This document shows positions 1 through 9,752 of a stretch of DNA of 64,000 nt, one piece after another. Under the pieces are notes generated by a model. The model was not told the origin of the DNA. It saw only the letters and a list, made by a program, of their open reading frames with translations, and searched no databases. The DNA comes from an uncultured Planctomycetota bacterium (GTDB lineage: Bacteria; Planctomycetota; Phycisphaerae; Tepidisphaerales; Tepidisphaeraceae), in the NCBI GenBank assembly GCA_963841915.1, contig CAWJEN010000005.1:32001-96000 (forward strand), given 5' to 3'. The position numbers were made by a program, and so were the translations under genes. Each line of letters opens with the position of its first letter. Position 1 is the first letter of the stretch.

Positions 1-408
1 CCCCGGCATGGTCAGAACCCGCCGGCGGGCGACGTCCAGCCCAAACTCCTCCAGTTCCGCGTAGCTCGCCCCGTGCAGCACGTCGGCGAGCCGCCTTGGG
101 CTGTAGTCGAAGCTGAAGCCGAGTCGCTCCTCCGCCAGCTGCACCCACCGTTCAACCTGCGCCCGCGAGGGGGCCGGCAGGTCCAGCCGCACTTGGAAGC
201 GCCGCCATACCGCCCGATCTAACAACTCGGGGTGATTGGTCGCCGTGATGAGGATCACGTAGCTCGGCAGCGCATCAACCCCGAGCAATAGTGAACTGAC
301 CACACGTTTGATCTCGCCCGTTTCGTGTGTGTCGCCCCGCTCTTTGCCGATTGTGTCAAACTCGTCGAGAAACAACACGCACGGCCGGGTGCGGACGTAG
401 TCGAAGAC
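1..408 (-). pseudogene. C-terminal half of an AAA+ ATPase (IetA-like family, usually paired with an S8 protease); N-terminus with Walker A missing; runs off window edge
   Basis: Manual translation VFDYVRTRPCVLFLDEFDTIGKERGDTHETGEIKRVVSSLL...ITATNHPELLDRAVWRRF shows Walker B (LFLDE), sensor-1 (ATN) and Arg finger (WRRF). No Walker A seen in the ~50 in-frame codons upstream of 408. Confidence 0.7.
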
Positions 409-560
409 GCCGCCGCCGGGCACCGCCGGATCGGCTTCTGTATCAACCGCTACGTCGGCCAATGGATGCTCGACCGCCACTCGACCTACGAGGCGTGGTG
501 CGAGGAGCATGACATCGTGCCAGAGACACTCTGGTATGACACTAGTTTCGATAAGCTGAT
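409..560 (+). pseudogene. Internal fragment of a LacI/GntR-type sugar-binding regulator domain
   Basis: AGHRRIGF...DRHSTYEAWCEEHDIVP resembles the GHRRIxx...R..GY..A..E.GI segment of LacI-family ligand-binding domains. No HTH or proper start. Confidence 0.4.
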
Positions 561-808
561 CTCGGATCCCGTCTGCTGGCGTCCCCAACGTGGTCCTGAG
601 CGAGCTGCGCTTCACGCCCGTCCCGGAACCGACAGGCATGCTCGGCGCGGGCGTGATGGGCCTGGCCCTCACGCTCCGCCGGCGTCGTGCGCGATCTTCG
701 TTCGCGACTTTCGAGTCTCGCACCCGTGTGTCGCCGGCTTGACGGTCGCCGACATGCTTTTCGGATCGGGCGTTGGCCCACCCTTCTCGTCCTGCCGAGG
801 AGGTAGCT

Positions 809-1735
809 ATGGCTGTTTCAAAGTTCCGCCGCACAAGGGGCTTCACGCTCGTTGAGCTGCTTGTCGTTATCGGCATCATCGCGCTGTTGATCTCGATTCT
901 CTTGCCAACGCTGTCGCGAGCGCAGGCGTCGGCCCGTGCCGTCGCGTGTGCCAGCAACCAGCGACAGGTGGTGTTGGCATCGAATATTTACGCCGGTGAC
1001 AACGGGCAGGTCTTGCCACCGGGCTCGAGCACCTCGGGCACCGGCGACTGGGCCCCCTTCTGGTACGACTTCATTATGGAGTACGTTGGCGAGAAGGTTC
1101 CTGATGCCTTCTCGGGTGGCGCATTCGACGCTAAGGAGTACGGCGAGGCCTTCGTCTGCGGCAGTGCGACGATCGAAGCTGGCTATATGCACTACAATGT
1201 CCACCCGCGCCTCATGCCGCCGCAACCGCCCGCCGGATCAGTTGCCAGCCCGCCGGCCACGGGCAATGCTTTGACGGGCAAGGCGTTCAAGCCCTTCAAG
1301 CTCGCTCAGATCCCCGAGAGCAGCGAGATCCTTTTCGTCGCTGACGCCCGGCAGTTCGATGCTCCCAACGTCGACGGCGGTCGGGTTCATGGGAACGCTC
1401 CCTCGTTCATGGGTGCCTTTGCGAACAACGGCATCTACTCGCACAAGTTCGTCAGGTCGCCCGGCGGGAGTGCCACGGCCGGAGCGGTCTCCTCAACCTC
1501 GCTGCCGCTGTTCGGCATCGGTAACCGTGACCTTTCCGCCGCCGCGGGCGAGTGGGGAAATGGTGACCTGCGGTTCCGCCACAAAGACAACAACTCCATC
1601 AATGTCGGCTTCGCTGACGGACACGTTGAGGCTTTCGGTCTCGGCGAGAACTCCGACTTCTGGGACAGCAACACGGAGGACGTAGACGCCGGCGAGCTGA
1701 CGTTCCGCAACGTGATGTTGATCGACCAGTACTAA
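809..1735 (+). CDS. Prepilin-type N-terminal cleavage/methylation domain protein with H-X9-DG-type C-terminus (DUF1559-like)
   Basis: [32 protein letters not shown] and RFRH...NVGFADGH; SD GAGGAGG upstream of ATG 809. Confidence 0.9.
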   Translation: MAVSKFRRTRGFTLVELLVVIGIIALLISILLPTLSRAQASARAVACASNQRQVVLASNIYAGDNGQVLPPGSSTSGTGDWAPFWYDFIMEYVGEKVPDAFSGGAFDAKEYGEAFVCGSATIEAGYMHYNVHPRLMPPQPPAGSVASPPATGNALTGKAFKPFKLAQIPESSEILFVADARQFDAPNVDGGRVHGNAPSFMGAFANNGIYSHKFVRSPGGSATAGAVSSTSLPLFGIGNRDLSAAAGEWGNGDLRFRHKDNNSINVGFADGHVEAFGLGENSDFWDSNTEDVDAGELTFRNVMLIDQY

Positions 1736-1763
1736 GTATTCGCACCGAAAGGCTGAAAAAGCG

Positions 1764-4379
1764 ATGTTTGCACGCCCCCTTGCCGCCGCTGTTGCCCTGG
1801 CCAGTCTGTTGCTTCCCACGACTCCCGCTGTGGCACAGCACTCGCCCGTTGAGGACGATTGGTTCGAGTTCCACATTCCAACGCTTGCCGATGCGGCGAC
1901 GACGGGAGACGCAATCGACCTCTCGCACCTGAACGCCTCCCCCGCCGGGGCCAACGGACGCATTCGAAGCGACGGTGAGGGCCGGCTGATCGACGGCGCG
2001 GGAAACGTCGTGCGACTCTTCGGCACGAACATCTGCGACTTCCACGTCATGCCGCCGCCGGAGATTGCTCCGCGACTTGCTGATCGACTCGCGCAGCTCG
2101 GCATCAACTTCGTCCGGCTGCACTACTTCGATTGGGCCGAAGCGCCAGAAGGCATTATGGCCGCGGATGGGTCGGGGCTTGACGCAGGGCAGCTCGATCG
2201 ACTGCATCACCTCGTTGCGGAACTGAAACGGGCCGGCATCTACGTCGACATCAACCTGCACGTCGCCCGGCGGATTCCGGGCACGCCGGAGGCTTGGGAC
2301 AACCCGATGTCGAAAGGCATCGACCGCGCGATGCGGTCGCTCATCGAGGACCAGAAGCAGTTCGCCCGCGACCTGCTCACGCCTGTCAACCCGCACACAG
2401 GCCTGCCGCTCTCTACCGACCCGGCTGTCGTCGCCGTCGAGATCAACAACTAGAACTCACTGATGCAGGGCTGGTGGGAACGGCTGGGCACGCTCTCGCC
2501 CGACCAAGCCGCCCCGCTGCAACAGCGTTGGAACGACTGGCTGATCGACAAGTACGAGACGACTGACGGCTTGCGCAACGTCTGGGATGCCAACGTCCGG
2601 GCGGATGGCGTTCAAGTCTTCAAAGCGAACGACTTCACCGAGCAGCGGCATCTGTGGGATGTGCAGGACGTCGGTGCCGGCGACTCGTCGATCGATGTCG
2701 ACGGCAAGACGCTGACGTGGGCAGCCAAGAGGCCCGGAGCCGATCCGTGGTCGCTGCAGCTGCACCGTTATTCCATTCCGGTGGAAGACGGTTCGACCTA
2801 TACCTTGCGGCTTCGCATCAGGCGGACCGCCGGCGATGCTGCGACGCTGAAGATTCGGCTGATGCACATGCAGGACCCGTGGCAGGATGTGGCGGCGCAG
2901 ACGGAGGTCGGCTTGACCGATGCATGGCAGGACGTGGTCATCTCGCTTGCCGTCACGAACCCGAATGACGTTCCGGTGCGGCTGAGTTTCGACCTTGACA
3001 ACGAGGCGGCGACGCTGGAGATGTCGTCGCTCTCGCTGGGCCAAGGTGATGTTCGAGGCGTTGCCGCCGATGCGTCGCTGGAGGAAGCAACAGTGTCAAT
3101 GCCATTGCCCGGCGGCTCGCACCGTGCTCTGGCGGACTTTCGCCGGTTTTGCACGGGTCTGGAGCTGGCCTACACCGAAGAGATGGTTCAGTTCCTTCGC
3201 AAGGATTTGGGGGTGGAGGCGTTGATCTTCGACACGCAGCTCAATTATGGCGGTGCCGTCGGTCTCGTCCGCGAGCGAACGTTCAGCGACGTCAATGACC
3301 TACTCGGCTACCCCGCTCATCCGGCCGACATAATGAAACCCGGCGGCGAGCGGACGTGGCAGGTGATCCCGAAGTTGTTCGTCGGCGAGGGCTTCAACGA
3401 TCTGCCGTGGAGCGCTCAGTGGCAGGCACCGGATCTGCCGATGTTCCTGACGGAGTACGACCTCAACCCGCCGTCGCCTTACAGCAGCGAAATCTTCCTG
3501 ATGTTGGCGCTTTTCGGGCCGTACCAAGACTTCGACGCGCTCGGCGAGTACGCGTGGCTCAACTTTCAGGAGAGCTATGAACCCGACACTGGCTCACATC
3601 CTTATCACACCAGCGGGATGATGCAGCAGGTAGCTTTCGCGCCGACGGCTGCGTTGCTCTATCGCCAAGCTCGCGTCCGAACTGCCGAGCAATCAGCGAC
3701 GCTGACGGTGTATGCCGATGACATGCTTGAGGGCGACATCGGGTGGTCGCCGCTCGAACCGGTTTGGAAGTCGCTCGGCTTCGACGTCGATCAGGGTTGG
3801 CGACAAAAGCTTGTGACACAACTCGAGCCGGGAACCGGCACGCCCTCTGTAGAAGGAGAGCCCGTCACCGGCGATGCCGCTCACGTTGTGAGCGACACGG
3901 GTGAAATCTCCTTCGATCGATCCAAGCCCCGTGCGGAATACCTGACGGTTGACACGCCGTCCTGCAAGCTCGCCATCGGCCATACGCTCGGCGTAGATCT
4001 TGATTGGGGTGATGTCGACGTCGTAGTCCATCATGGCGGCGGGCCGGACGGGAATTACGCCAATGCTTCACTCATCAGTCTTGATGACGAGCCGATCAAC
4101 GAAAGCCGGAGCCTGCTGCTGACCGTTGTCGCGACCGGCTACGGCGAGGGTTGGGACTTTCTCGATGAAGGGTTAACGCAGGTCCGCATGCTTCCGGGCC
4201 CGATGCGCATGGAGCCCGTCGACCTGATGCTTTCGCTGCCGAGGGACGGATGGAAGCTCACGCCGCTCGATCCGAACGGCCAGCCGCTCAAGTCAATCGC
4301 TGACGAGACCGCCAGCGACGACCAATCGAGGTTCAATACCGGCGGCCACTCGACAGTCTGGTTTCACCTGACACGCTGA
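1764..4379 (+). pseudogene. Secreted clan GH-A (GH5-like) glycoside hydrolase with inserted CBM4/9-like module, interrupted by in-frame TAG at 2451-2453
   Basis: Signal peptide; VRLFGTN, GINFVRLH, GIYVDINLH, VEINN*NSL; nucleophile-like FLTEY. ORFs 1764-2453 and 2463-4379 are in the same frame. Confidence 0.75.
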
Positions 4380-4445
4380 TTTCTTCCCTCTCCAGGTTAG
4401 CGGTGAGGAGCCGCTAGGCGGAAGGTTCATCAATTGGAGGACACC

Positions 4446-5312
4446 ATGTCCGCATCGATCGTAGAACGGCTCGAAAACCGCCGGCTGCTTACCACGTGGT
4501 ATGTTGCCCCGTGGGGCGACGACAGCCATGCCGGAACGAACATCAATCAACCCTTGGCGACGCTTGAGGGCGTCGGCTACCAGGCGGGGCCAGGCGACCA
4601 GATTCTGCTTCGCGGCGGAACGTATCAATGGGACAACAGTCAGTGGTTCGGTGCCGAGGGAAGCGCCATCAACTGGATCACCATCGACAACTACGGTAAC
4701 GAACAGGTCATTCTCGACGGCAGCAACATGGTCGTCCCGGCCTCAGATCCCGGTCAGAGTCACGTCATCGTGATCGACGGAAAATACGTCGAGATTCGCG
4801 ATATGGAGATCAGGAACAGCCCGGAGGACGGCGTTGCGATCTGGGAAGCTCATGACGTGCGAGTTCGCAACATGTATTTCCACCACAACGGTGGCTCTGG
4901 CGTCAGTGCCCGATCCGCACCTTTCTCGTTTGAGACCTACAACGTTCTGATCGAGAACAACGTGGTCTACCGCAACATTCAAGCGAACTCTGATACCGCG
5001 GGGGATGTCGTGTGGGGCGGTGCGATCATATCGCATTACGCAGACAACGTCATCATCCGGAACAATACCGTGCACGAGAACTTCGGCGAGGGAATCATCC
5101 AGGTCGTAAGCACTGGCGGCAGTGTGATCGGCAACGACGTTCGCGACAATTTCTCCGTCAACATCTACCTGGATAATGCGGTCGACGTGACGGTGGAAAA
5201 CAATTTTGCTCATCACACGTTTATGAGTGAGTTCCTCCGCTTCGACAAGCCGGCAACTGTCGTCACGCGTCGGGCTACGAGAGCCCTGTCACCCCACCCC
5301 GGCCGCACGTGA
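4446..5312 (+). CDS. Extracellular right-handed parallel beta-helix (pectin lyase-like) protein with planctomycete LE-x-RRLL N-terminus; C-terminus possibly truncated
   Basis: ERLENRRLL, WYVAPWGDD..GT..QP.AT, GPGDQILLRGGTY and PbH1-like repeats (IENNVVYRN, IRNNTVHEN); SD GGAGG. Confidence 0.8.
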   Translation: MSASIVERLENRRLLTTWYVAPWGDDSHAGTNINQPLATLEGVGYQAGPGDQILLRGGTYQWDNSQWFGAEGSAINWITIDNYGNEQVILDGSNMVVPASDPGQSHVIVIDGKYVEIRDMEIRNSPEDGVAIWEAHDVRVRNMYFHHNGGSGVSARSAPFSFETYNVLIENNVVYRNIQANSDTAGDVVWGGAIISHYADNVIIRNNTVHENFGEGIIQVVSTGGSVIGNDVRDNFSVNIYLDNAVDVTVENNFAHHTFMSEFLRFDKPATVVTRRATRALSPHPGRT

Positions 5313-5329
5313 TCGTGCGGCCGTTCTCT

Positions 5330-7141
5330 TTAGACGGTAATGAGTTGGCCGGCCGCGTCGCGTTCAAGCTGGACATGCGCCTCGTCCAACTCAGTGTCAG
5401 CGATGACCAAGCGGTGCAGCGTGTCGCCTGACCAGACGAGCAAAGCTGCTCCTTTGGTGCCGGGACGACGAAGTGTCACGCGCCACGTCTCGCCGTCCCG
5501 GCGGACGTCCCGCACGGTGATCGGCGGGCACAGTGCATCGGACCAGCCGATCACCGCCACGCCGTCGACGAGCGTTACGACGCACGCCAACTCCCAGCGT
5601 TCAGCCAACATGTCCGGCAACTCACTAGCGGCGTAGGCGGCGTCAGCGCGACTCAGGTAGACGACCGCCTCGCCCGCGTTTGGTAGATCGGACGCCGTCA
5701 GCGTCGCCGGGCCGTCGCCGAAGAGGAACGTGCCGAGCGTCACGCTCCGGTGCTCCCCACGCTCGTGGCTGTTGCGAACCAGGGTGCGGCCTGCACCAAA
5801 ATCTGCAGCTTCGGCCGGTCCGTCAAACCGAAGTGCGCGGCCCGCGCCGTCGATCAGGCGTCGGATCAGCGGCAGGTCGCTTCTGCCGGGCTCGTCGCTG
5901 ACGTAGATCGGCCCGCCGCTGATGGCACGCGCCGCAGCGTGGAACGGTGCCCACTCGTGGCGGCTGTAGAACATGTCCCAATCCGGCAGCGCAAAGCCGC
6001 TCGTCCACGCCGCGGCGGCGGCGTTGTCGCGGACGTGCTTCGTGTGCGACTCAGGCTTCTTGGGAAAGTAGTCATTGCTGTTGCGAAATGCCGCGACCGC
6101 ACCGCCGACATCGGGCGCACAGGCGGCCGCATTCGTCATCGACATGCACGGCAATAGCGAGCCGGCACCAAAGTGCTTCGCGGCGGCATCCCGGCAGGCT
6201 TTGTGGTATGCAGCGGTCACCGCGTGCTCGTCGGCTGCATCGCAGAACTCCGGCAGCGACCCGCCGTTGTCGACCTTGACGAAGTCGACGCCCGCCGCGG
6301 CGAGTTGCGCGTACCAGTCGTCATAGAACCGCCCGACGTCGGCCGCGTCCACCAGTCCGCGCAACGACGTATGCGGCAGCGTCGGCTGGCCGATGTCGCG
6401 GGCATCGCGACGGAGCACGGTGTACGCTTCGGCCAGCGGGCCGTCCGGATCGACGCCGCACCAATAGCCCATGAGCGTGTGCCAGACACCGAACTTCCGC
6501 ACGCCCAGCCGCTTGCACTCCGCTACGAGCGGCGCGAGGCCGTCGGGGAACTTTGCGTTGGCGTCAAAGCTGCTTAAAAAGCCGTTCGGATTGACGTCCG
6601 CCGCACACTCGGCATCGTCGACGTAGCGGGCGTCGAGCCAGCCGTCGTCGAGGATGAGCGTGCCCGGCACGAGTCCTACGTCGACCCAGCGGCGTAGCCC
6701 GTCGAGCACGCCTTCAGCGCTGACGCTTTGGTAGAACGCGTCCCACGTGCACCAGCCGAGTTGGTCGTACCAGCCGTCATCGGCAACCTGTCGTCGCCAT
6801 CCGGCTGCCTCGGCGGCGAGCTTCAACGCCGCCGCTACATCGTCGGCCGCGGCAACGACTGCGCCAGGATCGACGCCATCGTGCGTCAGCGCCCATCGAC
6901 CATCGTCGGCCCGCAGCATCGCTCGGCCCCGCTCATCGGCCAACGGCAACACGACCGCGACGCTGCCGTCATCCTGCCGCCACGCTGCCATCACCGCTTC
7001 GCCTTCGGCCGACCCGCTTTGAAACGCGATCCACCACGCATGCTCCCGCCACAGCACGAGCTCGGCGGCGTCGAATCGGTCGAATTCCCCGCAATGAATG
7101 CGGCGGCTGGCGTTGAGCGGCAGAATCGGCATCGGTGTCAT
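5330..7141 (-). CDS. Sip1/raffinose synthase-like alpha-galactosidase (GH36)
   Basis: GWCTWDAFY, LILDDGW, VWHTLMGYWCG, FVKVD, PDWDMF, ARAISGGPIYVSD. Confidence 0.9.
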   Translation of the reverse strand: MTPMPILPLNASRRIHCGEFDRFDAAELVLWREHAWWIAFQSGSAEGEAVMAAWRQDDGSVAVVLPLADERGRAMLRADDGRWALTHDGVDPGAVVAAADDVAAALKLAAEAAGWRRQVADDGWYDQLGWCTWDAFYQSVSAEGVLDGLRRWVDVGLVPGTLILDDGWLDARYVDDAECAADVNPNGFLSSFDANAKFPDGLAPLVAECKRLGVRKFGVWHTLMGYWCGVDPDGPLAEAYTVLRRDARDIGQPTLPHTSLRGLVDAADVGRFYDDWYAQLAAAGVDFVKVDNGGSLPEFCDAADEHAVTAAYHKACRDAAAKHFGAGSLLPCMSMTNAAACAPDVGGAVAAFRNSNDYFPKKPESHTKHVRDNAAAAAWTSGFALPDWDMFYSRHEWAPFHAAARAISGGPIYVSDEPGRSDLPLIRRLIDGAGRALRFDGPAEAADFGAGRTLVRNSHERGEHRSVTLGTFLFGDGPATLTASDLPNAGEAVVYLSRADAAYAASELPDMLAERWELACVVTLVDGVAVIGWSDALCPPITVRDVRRDGETWRVTLRRPGTKGAALLVWSGDTLHRLVIADTELDEAHVQLERDAAGQLITV

Positions 7142-7146
7142 CGTTT

Positions 7147-7764
7147 TCAATTACTTCGTTCATCGACGTGGCCCGCTTCGCCGAAGCAGCGGCGGGCGAT
7201 CTCGCCCAGCGTAAGCGTCTGCGCCCATCGTTCGCACAGCTCCAAACGTCCCCCGTCGCGATCGGGTAGCGTGGCCGCATATCCCAACGACGGCGGGCCC
7301 AGTTCCGGTGCGAACGGCAGTGTTGCTCCGGGCGCTGCATCGCGAAGCCACCCTCGCATCGCTTCTCGCCAGAGCCACGAGAAGTTCTCGGTGTGCGGGT
7401 CGGTCGCCGGGTCGTCGAGGTCCGACTGCATGCGTTGGCCGTCGCTGACGCGGCCATGCAGGAAGCTGCAGCGGGCGAGGATCGGCGCGAGGTCGTGCCG
7501 CGTCGTCTCGAACCCGCGGTAGCCCATTTCGTGGCCACAGTAGTAGTGGCTGAAATCTCCGTTGAAGCGAATGTTGGGCCACCGTTCGATGAGCTTGCGA
7601 GTCCGCAAAACATCTTGCGTCAGCGTCGCGCGGTGCGTCTCGAAGTAGATCGGCACGTCGTACCGCGCGGACGCTTCCAGCACGGCATCCACCAGCGCGT
7701 CGACGGCGTCATCTTCCTCGTTGCCCCAGCCGGCATGAACCGTCGCACAGTCCGCGCCAGCATC
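7147..7764 (-). pseudogene. Sugar phosphate isomerase/epimerase (xylose isomerase-like TIM barrel), N-terminally truncated
   Basis: FETHRATLTQD, NGDFSHY, HGRV and APELGP motifs. Sequence upstream of DAGADCAT belongs to another gene. Confidence 0.65.
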
Positions 7765-7997
7765 CACCAGACGTCGCCGCGTTCGCCGAGAGCGACTTTG
7801 GCTGCATGGACGCGTCGTCTTGCGTCGGCCATGAGCGTGGCGTCGTCCGCCAGCATCGCCCGGCGGACGTCGGAGCGGGCGCGGCCAAGATCCTTCCGAA
7901 GCCCGGCGGCGACGTCGGCAGGCAGATTCGAGTTCGTCGCCCGCCACAGCCGCCCGCGAACGACAATGTAGCGGCCGTCCTTCGTCCGCGCCGGCAT
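7764..7997 (-). pseudogene. N-terminal part of a small conserved hypothetical protein, truncated after GERGDVWW
   Basis: TKDGRYIVVRGRLWRATN..LP...ARRRVHAAKVALGERG.VWW recalls a widespread small family whose usual C-terminus is absent here. Confidence 0.6.
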
Positions 7998-8037
7998 CAG
8001 GCATGGTACTTCACCTCGACGGCATTAGGATGACTGC

Positions 8038-8760
8038 ATGCACCCGCAGCCGCCACGACCGGGCACGCTCGATTATGAGCGGCCGATCCCCAGACGGCCG
8101 GTGAGTCGACCAGCTGGTGTCGCATTGCTGGCGGGCGTGGCGAGTTTGGCGTTAACCGTCTTCATCGCAGGCAGACTCTTTCTGCCCACGTTCGTGATCG
8201 TCCTGCTGGCCATGTTCGGCGTTGCGACCGTAGCGCTCGGCGTGGTCGCCCGCACCCGAATTCGGCGGGATCATCAACGCGGCCGCTGGATGGCGACGAG
8301 CGGGATCGTCATCAGCTTAATCGCCACTTGCCTCGTGCTGCCGGTTCTGTGTCTGCTCGCAAATGCGATGGAACATCATGTCGGTGTCAAGCTTTGTGCG
8401 AGCAACCTTCGCCAGATCGGACAAGCCGTTCGGCTGTACGCGATCAACAACGACCCCGACTTCAGCTACCCGCCGAATCTGGAGGGCGTGGCGGCCAGTG
8501 CTGCACTGCCACCGTCAGGCTTTGTTTGCACGATGGATGAGGTGTCGTCTGCCGCACCGCCGCCCTTTGTACTTGGACAGAATCTAAGCTATGCCTACCT
8601 CGGCGACGGCATGACGGACGAGGCGGGTCCGTCCGTCGTGCTGGGTTATTGCTACGCACATCTGGAAGAGACAGAGGGCACGATGGTGCTGTTCGCCGAC
8701 GGCAGCGTGCGGTACGAGCAGAAGGACGACTTGCCTCCTGAGGTTCAGGCGGCGAAGTAG
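8038..8760 (+). CDS. Membrane protein with DUF4190-like TM region and pilin-like/H-X9-DG-type C-terminal domain
   Basis: Three hydrophobic segments, RGRWMATSGIV, CASNLRQIG and VLFADGSV. Confidence 0.75.
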   Translation: MHPQPPRPGTLDYERPIPRRPVSRPAGVALLAGVASLALTVFIAGRLFLPTFVIVLLAMFGVATVALGVVARTRIRRDHQRGRWMATSGIVISLIATCLVLPVLCLLANAMEHHVGVKLCASNLRQIGQAVRLYAINNDPDFSYPPNLEGVAASAALPPSGFVCTMDEVSSAAPPPFVLGQNLSYAYLGDGMTDEAGPSVVLGYCYAHLEETEGTMVLFADGSVRYEQKDDLPPEVQAAK

Positions 8761-8915
8761 TGCGCAACGGCGGCCGCGGCGGCGCACCAGGTTTCCGGTG
8801 CGCAAGCTTCACGATTTCGTACGACCCGCCGTCGATAAATCACGCCGTTTCACGCGTCCCGCACGTGCAAAATCCCGCACGGCGGACGACCCGCCTACGC
8901 AGATTTCGAGCCGAA

Positions 8916-8931
8916 TGTTCCACGTGGAACA
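8916..8931. promoter_or_regulatory. parS: parS site (ParB/Spo0J centromere)
   Basis: Perfect palindrome TGTTCCACGTGGAACA matching the widespread parS consensus. Confidence 0.9.
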
Positions 8932-8982
8932 TCGGCGAGCGCCCGCCGACCCGTTTGGCGGAGCGTGGCGAGGGTCGGCCGA

Positions 8983-8998
8983 TGTTCCACGTGGAACA
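8983..8998. promoter_or_regulatory. parS: parS site
   Basis: TGTTCCACGTGGAACA, extending to the 20-bp palindrome GATGTTCCACGTGGAACATC. Confidence 0.9.
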
Positions 8999-9073
8999 TC
9001 ACCCGCCCGCCGCGTCGCCCAAACCCATTCGGCCGCCGCGGCGCAGCGCCTGGCGGCCGACTAACGTGCGGTC

Positions 9074-9730
9074 ATGAGCAAGTCTGCATTGATCGTTTGG
9101 GGTGGCTGGGACGGACACGACCCTGAGCAGGTCGCCGAACGCTTCCGTGGCTACCTGGCAGACGACGGCGTAGATGTCACCGTCAGCGACTCGCTGTCAA
9201 GCTTCGACGACGTCGAACAGCTCAAAGCGTTAGACCTCATCGTGCCGGTCTGGACGATGGGCACGATCGAGAGTGAACAGTCGAAGAACGTGCAGGCGGC
9301 AGTCACGGCTGGAACCGGCATGGCCGGGTGTCACGGCGGCATGTGCGACGCCTTTCGCCGGGATGAAGGCTGGCAATTCATGACAGGTGGCCAATGGGTC
9401 AGCCACCCGGGCAACGACGGCGTCGAATACACCATCAACTTCGGCCCCGAGCGTGGCGAGCTGACCGACGGATTGGACGACTTCAGCGTCAAGAGTGAGC
9501 AGTATTACCTGCACGTCGACCCGGCGGTGAAGGTCTATGCGACGACGAAGTTCCCGATCGCAGACGGGCCGCACACGCCTAACGGCGAGGTGCTGATGCC
9601 GCAGGTCTGGACGAAGTACTTCGGTGAAGGCCGGGTTTACTACAACGCGCTAGGCCATCAGGCGAACATCTTCGATATTCCGGAGGCGGCGGAGCTGATG
9701 CGGCGTGGCCTGCGTTGGGCGATGCGGTAG
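9074..9730 (+). CDS. ThuA domain protein (class I GATase-like fold)
   Basis: ALIVWGGWDGH, GMAGCHGG, FMTGGQWVSHPG, SEQYY, GRVYYNALGH. Confidence 0.9.
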   Translation: MSKSALIVWGGWDGHDPEQVAERFRGYLADDGVDVTVSDSLSSFDDVEQLKALDLIVPVWTMGTIESEQSKNVQAAVTAGTGMAGCHGGMCDAFRRDEGWQFMTGGQWVSHPGNDGVEYTINFGPERGELTDGLDDFSVKSEQYYLHVDPAVKVYATTKFPIADGPHTPNGEVLMPQVWTKYFGEGRVYYNALGHQANIFDIPEAAELMRRGLRWAMR

Positions 9731-9752
9731 CGAGGCCCCATATGGTGCGGCC

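Noticed and set aside
534..548. GTATGACACTAGTTT resembling the 40300 palindrome upstream of the first prepilin gene
   Set aside because: Half-site similarity only, and it lies within a coding remnant.
2451..2453. Pyrrolysine or TAG recoding
   Set aside because: TAG ends other genes here (e.g. rpsA, ThuA), no pyl genes are seen, and the position needs Glu.
4490..4501. Palindrome TACCACGTGGTA
   Set aside because: Shares only the CCACGTGG core with parS and lies in coding sequence.
8916..8998. parS doublets as mini-CRISPR arrays
   Set aside because: Only two 16-20-bp perfectly palindromic repeats per locus, identical to the parS consensus, and no cas genes.
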